A stretch of DNA of 32,000 bases from Opitutales bacterium (GTDB taxonomy: Bacteria > Verrucomicrobiota > Verrucomicrobiia > Opitutales > Coraliomargaritaceae). Position numbers and translations under genes: made by a program. Position 1 is the first letter of the stretch. The number at the start of each line of letters is the position of its first letter. The stretch covers positions 136,871-168,870 of the forward strand of contig JBMYVL010000001.1 of assembly GCA_049606355.1 (NCBI GenBank), written 5' to 3'. Under the pieces are notes generated by a model. It ran no database searches. It was given only the letters and a program-made list of their open reading frames with translations, and was not told the DNA's origin. Shown piece after piece: positions 7,604 to 16,507 of this stretch.

Positions 7604-8233
7604 ATGTTTGAAAGTGTTTGGCAGCAGCTCAGTGCAACCAGCTGGATCGAGTGGCTGGGTACGCTGACCGGTATCACGGGCGTCTACCTAAGCATTAAGG
7701 AAAAGGTGGTCGCTTGGCTGCTTTTTATTCTTTGCTATGCGGCTTACGTAATCCTCAGCTACCAAGCCGAATTATACGCTGCGATGCAGATGAATGCGGT
7801 GTTCATCATCATTTCGATCTATGGGTGGCTGAGTTGGTCCAAGTCGACACTGCACAGTGAAACTGCGGTCGTGATTGCCCGCACGCCGAAAGCCGGCCGA
7901 GTCACTGCGCTCATTTTTATCGGTATCGGCACGAGTAGCTTCGGTTGGGCGCTTGATACTTTCACTCTAGCCTTTATGCCCTATTTGGATGCCTTGGCGA
8001 TGACTTGCGCCTTTACGGCGCAGTGGATGTTGAGTCGTAAATACGTCGAGAATTGGCTGTGCTGGATCGTCGCGGATCTCATTTATGTCGGCTTATGGAG
8101 CGCGCAAGGATACTTAGTGAGCGCAGGGCTTTTTACTCTTTTCATTGGTTTGGCCACGCGAGGCTGGTGGGAGTGGCAACGCCAGCTGAAAAATACTCTG
8201 CCCAATCCAGCCCAAGCAAGCGGCGTAGCATAA
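7604..8233 (+). CDS. pnuC: nicotinamide riboside transporter PnuC
   Basis: 209 aa and polytopic. WIEWLGTLTGITGVYLSIKEKVVAW, the Trp-rich helices (IYGWLSW, ENWLCWIVADLIYVGLW) and the family size match PnuC. Confidence 0.8.
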   Translation: MFESVWQQLSATSWIEWLGTLTGITGVYLSIKEKVVAWLLFILCYAAYVILSYQAELYAAMQMNAVFIIISIYGWLSWSKSTLHSETAVVIARTPKAGRVTALIFIGIGTSSFGWALDTFTLAFMPYLDALAMTCAFTAQWMLSRKYVENWLCWIVADLIYVGLWSAQGYLVSAGLFTLFIGLATRGWWEWQRQLKNTLPNPAQASGVA

Positions 8234-8281
8234 TTTCTGGAAAGCACCCGCCCACTTATCGTGAAGACCAGAGCCCAAGCC

Positions 8282-8800
8282 ATGCACTCCGTCGTCATCA
8301 CCGGAGCTGAATCTACGGGAAAAAGTACCCTCACTGACGCTTTAGCACAACACTACCAAGCGCCCCACTCCAAGGAATTTGTCCGTCAATACGTAGATGG
8401 ATTACAGCGCGCATTAACAGTCGATGACCTCGAGTCGATCGCGCGCGGGCAACTGCGTGTCGAAGACTCCATACGCAACACGGAGTCGGTATTGGTACTG
8501 CATGACACCAACCTGCTTTCGTCGATGCTGTACGCAGAGCACTATTTTGACGCATCGCTCGATTGGGTGAACCGCGCCTTTGCTAAACGCGACTACAGCC
8601 TCTACTTATTATGCATGCCTGACATTCCGTGGGTCGCCGACGACGGACAACGTGAAAGTCCAGCGGTTCGTGCTAAATTACACAGGTGCTTTAAAGCACG
8701 GCTCGATCAAGCTGCCCTGCCTTACGTGGAAATTCATGGCTGTGCTTCAACTCGACTGGACTTGGCCATTCAGGCCATTGATACCTGTCTCGCCAATTAA
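8282..8800 (+). CDS. NadR-type ribosylnicotinamide kinase-like AAA ATPase (kinase domain only)
   Basis: The Walker A motif is VVITGAESTGKSTL, and it lies directly downstream of pnuC. About 172 aa, the length of the NadR C-terminal RNK domain only, with no HTH or NMNAT domain. I prefer ATG 8282 to GTG 8261. Confidence 0.7.
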   Translation: MHSVVITGAESTGKSTLTDALAQHYQAPHSKEFVRQYVDGLQRALTVDDLESIARGQLRVEDSIRNTESVLVLHDTNLLSSMLYAEHYFDASLDWVNRAFAKRDYSLYLLCMPDIPWVADDGQRESPAVRAKLHRCFKARLDQAALPYVEIHGCASTRLDLAIQAIDTCLAN

Positions 8801-8838
8801 GTGACACAGTCACTGCGCCTTCCAGAGCCAAGGTCCAC

Positions 8839-8868
8839 AAAAAAGCCAGCTCGGTGAAGAGCTGGCTT
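8839..8868 (-). terminator. rho-independent terminator for the phosphofructokinase gene; the hairpin could also serve the convergent plus-strand gene
   Basis: Perfect 10-bp stem, aagccagctc (8843-8852) paired with gagctggctt (8859-8868), and a 6-nt loop. The A-run at 8839-8844 becomes a T-run after the hairpin on the minus strand. Confidence 0.65.
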
Positions 8869-8892
8869 GAAATCAAACGAATGGAGCGGTGA

Positions 8893-10155
8893 CTACTCAA
8901 ACGTGTGTGGTGCCAATTTACGCTCCACCTTCTCGCATTTGAGTTTCGCCAGCACGGGTACTCCATTTTCATAAGGAACGTCCACTTCGCCCTGAATGAG
9001 CGGGAGCGCATACTTATAAAAATTAAAGCTCATGCTCACGCCATCCTCATTGATCCAACTTTCGGGAAGCTTTTTCACTCCGTTGGCGATTTCAGAAAGT
9101 GGCGCAAGGCCAGTCTCGCACTGATAGTTTTCGCCATCACCGCGTAACAGCGTCACCATCTTATCGGTCTCACCATTAACCGCGGCTTGGACTGCCGCTT
9201 GACCGGCCATGAATGCTTCATCGTTATCGGCCGCCGATGCACAGTGCGTCGCGCTACGCTGCGCCATACCGAGTTTCACAGAGCGTGCTTTGATCTGCAG
9301 GCTCTCTTCAACCAGTTTGCGTAAATACTCGCCCGCCCCGCCAAGTTGTGAGTGCCCAAAGGCATCCGAGCTGGCGCTATCAGTAGAGACATAGTTGCCG
9401 TCATCATCGACGAGACCTTCGCCAACAACAACGACGCAATACTTCTCTTTCTGAAGCACTCGCTGAACGTCGGCGATGAATTTCTCCGGGCTAAAGGCCA
9501 CCTCAGGGAGGTAAATCAGGTGCGGGGCGCCACTGGGGTCATCGCGCCGTTTCGCGAGGGCAGCACCCGCAGCAATCCATCCCGCACTGCGCCCCATCAC
9601 TTCAATGACCTGCACGAGGTCGTGCTGGCCCATGCTGGCATTATCGCAAGCGATTTCCTTCACCGTTGCGGCGATGTACTTAATCACCGAACCGTATCCG
9701 GGTGTATGATCCGTGGTGACCAAATCGTTATCGATCGTTTTAGGAATACCAATCACGCGGAGCGCATAGCCCCGCTCATCCGCCAGCTTCGAAATTTTGT
9801 CTGCCGTGTCCTGGGAATCGTTGCCACCTGCGTAGAAGAAGTAGCGGATATTGTGGGCCTCAAAGACTTCCAAGACCCGATCAAAATCCTCCGAGCGCTT
9901 CAGCTTAAACCGGCAGGTGCCCAGCGCTGCGCCGGGGGTGTGCCGCAGGGCACGAATAGTCTGCTGAGACTCATCGGCCAAATCCACCAATTGTTCATTG
10001 AGAATCCCAAGGACCCCATTTTGGCCGCCATAAATTTCTTCGATGCACTCGTGGTTGAGCGCTTCGGTAATCGCACCGGCGAGGCTCGAGTTAATTACAG
10101 ATGTAGGACCGCCGGATTGAGCGATCAGACAGTTACCTTCAAGTTGTTCTGACAT
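8893..10155 (-). CDS. pfp: diphosphate (PPi)-dependent 6-phosphofructokinase
   Basis: 420 aa. PFK motifs are IAQSGGPTSVIN, YAGGNDS, IGIPKTIDNDL and MGRSAGW. The Asp in GGNDS and the Lys in PKTIDND are the classic PPi-specificity residues. Confidence 0.9.
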   Translation of the reverse strand: MSEQLEGNCLIAQSGGPTSVINSSLAGAITEALNHECIEEIYGGQNGVLGILNEQLVDLADESQQTIRALRHTPGAALGTCRFKLKRSEDFDRVLEVFEAHNIRYFFYAGGNDSQDTADKISKLADERGYALRVIGIPKTIDNDLVTTDHTPGYGSVIKYIAATVKEIACDNASMGQHDLVQVIEVMGRSAGWIAAGAALAKRRDDPSGAPHLIYLPEVAFSPEKFIADVQRVLQKEKYCVVVVGEGLVDDDGNYVSTDSASSDAFGHSQLGGAGEYLRKLVEESLQIKARSVKLGMAQRSATHCASAADNDEAFMAGQAAVQAAVNGETDKMVTLLRGDGENYQCETGLAPLSEIANGVKKLPESWINEDGVSMSFNFYKYALPLIQGEVDVPYENGVPVLAKLKCEKVERKLAPHTFE

Positions 10156-10223
10156 ATTCTTAGCGTTGTTGAATTAAAGTATTTGCTGAGTGTGTGTAAT
10201 TTCGCCCCCTACGATGGCAACCA

Positions 10224-11648
10224 TTAAAGAATTTCGCCTGGTTCGTAGGTGGCCGCACCTGGAAAACTCTGTGCCTCTTCGCGCACTGTAGCGCAAAAAC
10301 GTTGGACCTGGCCGACGGATTGCCCCGTTGATGCTGCCGCACGATCAATCATTGCAGCCAGTGCATCGCGGCCGAGTCCCAAGCGTGTATCTGCCGCAAG
10401 GCGCTCTACCAAATCGTTCTGAGCAATGGCTCCGGAACGCAGGTCGCGTACCGTTTGCACCGCGTGCTCTTTGATGGCCTCGTGCGCCTCCTCGCGCCCT
10501 GCCCCAGCTTTGACTGCCTCCATCAATACCGTTGTCGTCGCAAGGAAGGGACCGTAGCGCTGGTTTTCTTGGTCAATCACCGCGGGATAAACCTCCATCT
10601 GCTTAAGAATGGTAAGGAAGGTTTCGATTAGGCCGTCGATGGCATAGAAACTATCGGGAAGGAAAACACGGCGCACGACCGAGCAGGAAACGTCGCCTTC
10701 ATTCCACTGATCACCGGAAAGCTCCGCAGCCATCGTCAGGTGTCCCTTAAGGATCGCAGCAAAACCGTTGAGGCGCTCACAGCTTCGGCTGTTCATCTTG
10801 TGTGGCATCGCAGAAGAGCCGACTTGACCCTTGGCAAACCCTTCGCTGGCCAGTTCATGCCCTGCCATAATCCGCAAGGTCTTGGCAAAACTGGACGGTC
10901 CCGACGCCAAGCGCACAAAGACCGAAACCACTTCAAAATCAAGCCCTCGAGGGTAGACCTGACCCACGGTATCGAGCGCGGCTCCCACCCCGAGATGATC
11001 CAAAATACGATTTTCGAGCGCCTCAACTTTCTCACTATCGCCCTCAAATAAAGTCAACAAATCCATTTGTGTCCCGACTGGGCCCTTGAGGCCTCGGACT
11101 GGGTAGTTGTCGATCGTACGATCCAATTCACGCACCGCACAGAGCAAATCTTCGCCAAACATTGCAAGGCGCTTGCCGAAGGTGGTTGGCTGTGCGGGCA
11201 CGTTGTGCGTGCGGGCCGTAATCACCAAGTCCTGCCATTGCTCAGCACGTTCCGCGAGCTTCAGTAAAGCGGCCAGTGCTTTCGTGCGGATAATCTCCAT
11301 CCCGCGCAGAATTTGCAGCTGCTCCACGTTTTCCGTCAAATCGCGGCTGGTCAGGCCCTTGTGAATATGTTCATGCCCCGCCAAATCGCAGAATTCCTCA
11401 ATCCGCGCTTTAACATCGTGCCGCGTCACGGCTTCACGTTTCTGAATCGAAGCGAGGTCGATCGTATTCTTGACACGCTCATACGCATCAATCGCTTCCT
11501 GCGGAATATCCAAACCGAGGTCTTTCTGCGCCCGAAGGACTGCGAGCCAGTAATCACGCTCCAGCAAAACACGACCTTCGGCGCTCCAAACAGCGCGCAT
11601 GCCCTCCGATGCGTAACGGGCAGCCAATACATTAGGTATCGTTTCCAT
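10224..11648 (-). CDS. purB: adenylosuccinate lyase
   Basis: 474 aa. It has the fumarate-lyase superfamily signature GSSAMPHKMNSR, RYASEGM near the N-terminus and TSRDLTEN. Confidence 0.92.
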   Translation of the reverse strand: METIPNVLAARYASEGMRAVWSAEGRVLLERDYWLAVLRAQKDLGLDIPQEAIDAYERVKNTIDLASIQKREAVTRHDVKARIEEFCDLAGHEHIHKGLTSRDLTENVEQLQILRGMEIIRTKALAALLKLAERAEQWQDLVITARTHNVPAQPTTFGKRLAMFGEDLLCAVRELDRTIDNYPVRGLKGPVGTQMDLLTLFEGDSEKVEALENRILDHLGVGAALDTVGQVYPRGLDFEVVSVFVRLASGPSSFAKTLRIMAGHELASEGFAKGQVGSSAMPHKMNSRSCERLNGFAAILKGHLTMAAELSGDQWNEGDVSCSVVRRVFLPDSFYAIDGLIETFLTILKQMEVYPAVIDQENQRYGPFLATTTVLMEAVKAGAGREEAHEAIKEHAVQTVRDLRSGAIAQNDLVERLAADTRLGLGRDALAAMIDRAAASTGQSVGQVQRFCATVREEAQSFPGAATYEPGEIL

Positions 11649-11721
11649 GATTTTGAGTAATTTGGGAAAACGGAGAAAACTACAGCTCTACCCCCTCCAT
11701 GCGACACAAAAACTAGGAAAT

Positions 11722-12819
11722 TCAACTCAGGCAATTCACCGCCATTTCGCGACACACCTCTTCCTGCTCATTGGGGCGCGCAATGATCGACTCAAAGGCG
11801 GCGGCGAAAGCAATTTGGAAATCGACCAGTTTTTTCAGCGGCACCTTCTGCGCGGTCGCAGCCAAGCGCCCCAAGTACCATGGATTTTGCGTAAACACGT
11901 TTAAATTACTTTTCTCTGGAGACTCCCCAAAATGCTGGGCGTAGCAGCCCGCCGCTTTTTCGAGATCCCCCTTACTGATACCACGAGCACCCAACTGAAT
12001 GGCACCGGAGTCAAGCAGTACGCGCAATTGTATGAGCAGACGATTGCGTGACTGCAAACTTCCCAACAAGCCGCGGGCATCATTGTTGGTAAAAAAGTGA
12101 CGGCGCAGGGCCTCCAGAGTCCACGAAAGTTTCAATGAGAAAAACGCATCCGCTGCTTCAAAAAAGTCGGCGTCTCCAAAATTTGGCACGAGCTCGATGA
12201 CGAGGCGCTCATCGATACCTCCTCCCTCAGTTCCTACATAGGTACAAAGCTTGTGCGTCTCCTCTACGATCAAGCGGGTATTGCCATTCACCTTCCCTAC
12301 CAGCGCTTGAACCGCGTCGCGGGAAATTTTAACGCCCGCCTGCTCACAGGTCTCGGTGATCAAGCGCGCGCAGGCCTCTGCCGCATTCTTGCCGGCTTCA
12401 AGCGCGGTGAAATCGGCCGCCTTCTGCACCCATTTGTAAAAACTGCGGCGTTTATCGACTGGCTGAGCAGTGATTAAAACGGCCACTCCTGCAGGATCGA
12501 TCCCCTCCAGAAATAACTTTAAGTCCTCCAGCAGATCTAAGGTGCCCTGCGCACGACCCGTCACAGAATCCGCCAGAAAGTTAACTGCGTTAAGCCACAC
12601 CACCTTGCGCTCTCCAAACATCGATACAGTCTGCACGGCCGTGCGAAACTGCGCTAAGGCCTGCTCCACCTCAGCATAATTACCTGCCCGCCCATCAATG
12701 ACCTCCTTTGAGAGGTCATCCGCTAGGCCTTCGGTCTGTGCCGCAAACCACTCCTTGCCTTTTTGAGACACGAGGAAGTCATCGTCTCCGCAGATAAATG
12801 TGAAGGGTTTTTCTGACAT
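11722..12819 (-). CDS. holA: DNA polymerase III delta subunit (HolA)-like
   Basis: 365 aa. The N-terminus FTFICGDDDFLVSQKGKEWF resembles the HolA start (LxxGxDxFL). Size and helical C-terminal half are compatible. No catalytic motif exists that I could verify. Confidence 0.55.
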   Translation of the reverse strand: MSEKPFTFICGDDDFLVSQKGKEWFAAQTEGLADDLSKEVIDGRAGNYAEVEQALAQFRTAVQTVSMFGERKVVWLNAVNFLADSVTGRAQGTLDLLEDLKLFLEGIDPAGVAVLITAQPVDKRRSFYKWVQKAADFTALEAGKNAAEACARLITETCEQAGVKISRDAVQALVGKVNGNTRLIVEETHKLCTYVGTEGGGIDERLVIELVPNFGDADFFEAADAFFSLKLSWTLEALRRHFFTNNDARGLLGSLQSRNRLLIQLRVLLDSGAIQLGARGISKGDLEKAAGCYAQHFGESPEKSNLNVFTQNPWYLGRLAATAQKVPLKKLVDFQIAFAAAFESIIARPNEQEEVCREMAVNCLS

Positions 12820-12882
12820 GCAAGGAGGACACTAGGCAGCGATCCCCGATCGGGGCAACCCCAAGCAGTAGGCCTGAATCAA

Positions 12883-14172
12883 TTAATCCTGACCGCTGTA
12901 ACTTAAAAACTCTTCCACCTTATATTTGCGCAATTTGCGGCGCATCCAGTCGAGCGCGGCATGAACTGCACGGGCTTTGACATCCAGACGTCCGCCCGTG
13001 TAACGCACGGTCTTGCACCACACCCCGACGGGAGAGTGGTAACCGATGTGAATCGTGCCAAGCGGGTTCTTCTTGTTGCCACCTTCCGGTCCGGCGAAAC
13101 CCGTTATGCTCAAACCGTAATCAGCCGATAAGCGCTCTGCTGCGCCTGTCGCCATCGCGATCGCACATTCGGCACTGACCGCGCCGTGCTGATCGAGGAT
13201 CGATTCGGGTACGCCCAGCAAAGCAACTTTAACATCATTACTGTAGCAAATCACTCCCCCAAGGAAGGCCTTCGACGCGCCAGGTACGTTCGTGAACGCA
13301 TCTCCCAACAATCCTCCAGTACACGACTCGGCAACCGCTAGGGTGCGATCCAGGGCGCGCAATTCCCGGTAAACGACAGCGGCTAACGAACCGTCTCCAA
13401 AACAAACAAAATCCTCGCCTAGAAGTTGGCGGGCCTCTTGGCCGATGGCTTTGAGTTCCGCCATTGTCAGCGCGCCATCCTGCCCGCTCAGCCGCACATC
13501 GACGATACCGTAATGCACACAGTAAGCGACACTTAGCTCGGAGTGATTGGTCCGAAGCGGTTGCAGTTTTGCTTCGACTGAAGATTCTCCCGCTCCGCAG
13601 GTACGAATTTGCAAATAAGCGGACTCGTCTGCCAAAACCCCTTCTCGCTGTAAAAGCGGCAATACCTGATGCTCAAACATCGGGCGCAGCTCGTGTGAGG
13701 GCCCGGGTAGCATGATCAGCATTTTACCCTCGGCTTGGTAGATTAAGCCAGGCGCAGTTCCGCGCTCGTTGGGAAGCACCAACCCGTCCTTAAAGCAGTA
13801 GCATTGCTTACGGTGGTGCGCTGCCATCGGTCGCCCCAGGGCGGCAAAGCGCTCGCGTATTGCGGCTTCAATGGACGCATCATAAACTAACTCCGCACCC
13901 AAGGCAGTCGCCACCGCCTCTCGTGTTAGGTCATCTGCAGTAGGGCCCAAGCCACCCGTAGTGATTACCACATCCGCAGACGCCCATGCAGCCGTAAAAG
14001 CGTCCTGTATCGCTGCTAGATCATCCGAAATTACCCGCGCGCGCTTCACGGGCAGACCATATTGGGCGAGTTGCTCACCCAAATATTGCAGGTGTGTATT
14101 CTCTCGGATTCCGACTAGGAGCTCGTCGCCTAAATTAATTACCTCTACGGTCTGGGAATGGGGCATAATCAA
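12883..14172 (-). CDS. cinA: CinA family protein: MoCF-binding domain plus nicotinamide-nucleotide (NMN) amidohydrolase PncC domain
   Basis: 429 aa. The N-terminal domain has VITTGGLGPTADDLTREAVA. The C-terminal domain has LAVAESCTGGLLGDAFTNVPGAS ... GGVICYSNDVK. Confidence 0.9.
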   Translation of the reverse strand: MIMPHSQTVEVINLGDELLVGIRENTHLQYLGEQLAQYGLPVKRARVISDDLAAIQDAFTAAWASADVVITTGGLGPTADDLTREAVATALGAELVYDASIEAAIRERFAALGRPMAAHHRKQCYCFKDGLVLPNERGTAPGLIYQAEGKMLIMLPGPSHELRPMFEHQVLPLLQREGVLADESAYLQIRTCGAGESSVEAKLQPLRTNHSELSVAYCVHYGIVDVRLSGQDGALTMAELKAIGQEARQLLGEDFVCFGDGSLAAVVYRELRALDRTLAVAESCTGGLLGDAFTNVPGASKAFLGGVICYSNDVKVALLGVPESILDQHGAVSAECAIAMATGAAERLSADYGLSITGFAGPEGGNKKNPLGTIHIGYHSPVGVWCKTVRYTGGRLDVKARAVHAALDWMRRKLRKYKVEEFLSYSGQD

Positions 14173-14227
14173 AGATATCGGTTGAGAGATTTTATTTTAA
14201 CCTGCAGCTTACCTGAAATTGCAACAA

Positions 14228-15703
<1,476 letters not shown>

Positions 15704-15720
15704 GGCGATAGGCCTAGCTA

Positions 15721-15755
15721 ATAAAAAGCCGCCTACAAATGTAAGCGGCTCTTAT
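15721..15755 (-). terminator. possible intrinsic terminator after the pseudopilin gene
   Basis: agccgc (15727-15732) pairs with gcggct (15745-15750). The A-run at 15723-15727 becomes a T-run after the hairpin on the minus strand. The stem is short and the loop long, so this is weak. Confidence 0.4.
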
Positions 15756-15775
15756 GGATCGCAGGGGAAAAGTAA

Positions 15776-16126
15776 CTAAAAATCGATACTAATATCTCCA
15801 GGCGCGCCGCCTGTTGCCGTCAGTGTCGTTTGTGTCGATGTAACTGTTGTTGGATATGTCTCACCTGCAACAGGATCTAAAGACTTAATATACTTATCAG
15901 AACCAACCAAATCAGTAGCAACTGTAGTCGTTGTGGCGCCTACCTCGAGGAAGTACTGGTCCGCAGCAGAAGCTAATTGCCTGAGATTGTTGGTAATCGC
16001 CTTCGTTTGTGAAGTCGTGCGAACCTTTTGGAAGGCGGGAATTGCCATGGCGGCGAGCAGGCCGATGATGACGACCACGATCATGATTTCGACAAGGGTG
16101 AATCCTTTTGGGTGTTTCTTGTTCAT
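15776..16126 (-). CDS. prepilin-type N-terminal cleavage/methylation domain protein (type II secretion pseudopilin / type IV pilin-like)
   Basis: The N-terminus MNKKHPKGFTLVEIMIVVVIIGLLAAMAIPAFQKV is a class III signal peptide with the G|FTLVE cleavage/methylation site. 116 aa with a Thr-rich C-terminal half. Confidence 0.85.
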   Translation of the reverse strand: MNKKHPKGFTLVEIMIVVVIIGLLAAMAIPAFQKVRTTSQTKAITNNLRQLASAADQYFLEVGATTTTVATDLVGSDKYIKSLDPVAGETYPTTVTSTQTTLTATGGAPGDISIDF

Positions 16127-16246
16127 AATAATATTTTTTGGATAATCTGTGCTTAAACTAAGCTCTGTTCTGGGCTAGTACAGTCCTCCCCGCTGCTTAG
16201 CTCAAGCAAGATAGGGACAGGCCGTAGGTTTTTATAAGTTATTTAT

Positions 16247-16456
16247 TTAGGTAAATATACGGTTAATTACGGATGCGTGTGTATCCCAGGATTGAATGGG
16301 TGATCCCGTTATAGTTTCGGCCGATTCTAGCTTGAACGCCCCCAGCAACCATACCAGCAGCAGCGGCACTAGCATCAACACCACCATTACGATTAAAATC
16401 AGGCGGATGGCACGAGCTGCCTTTTGCTGGGCGATTTCTGGGGAGTTGCTCTTCAT
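16247..16456 (-). CDS. hypothetical single-pass membrane protein
   Basis: About 69 aa from ATG 16456 (a GTG alternative is at 16501). It has one strong TM segment (LILIVMVVLMLVPLLLVWLLGAF) and lies just downstream of, and on the same strand as, the FGE-like gene. No homology was recognised. Confidence 0.3.
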   Translation of the reverse strand: MKSNSPEIAQQKAARAIRLILIVMVVLMLVPLLLVWLLGAFKLESAETITGSPIQSWDTHASVINRIFT

Positions 16457-16507
16457 GAATAGGTCTCGGGAGGCGCAGCGCAGCGAAGCTTGATCGGCCA
16501 CCTGCCC

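Noticed and set aside
9352-10152. A 266-aa ORF on the plus strand, antisense to the phosphofructokinase gene
   Set aside because: It lies entirely within a strongly supported minus-strand gene that has multiple catalytic motifs. Its translation is Arg/Ala/Gly-rich and low in complexity, with no recognisable motif. This is a typical shadow ORF in GC-rich coding DNA.
12844-12855. Palindrome ccccgatcgggg between cinA and holA, considered as a possible terminator
   Set aside because: The stem is only 4-5 bp around a central gatc, and no T-run follows it on the transcribed (minus) strand.
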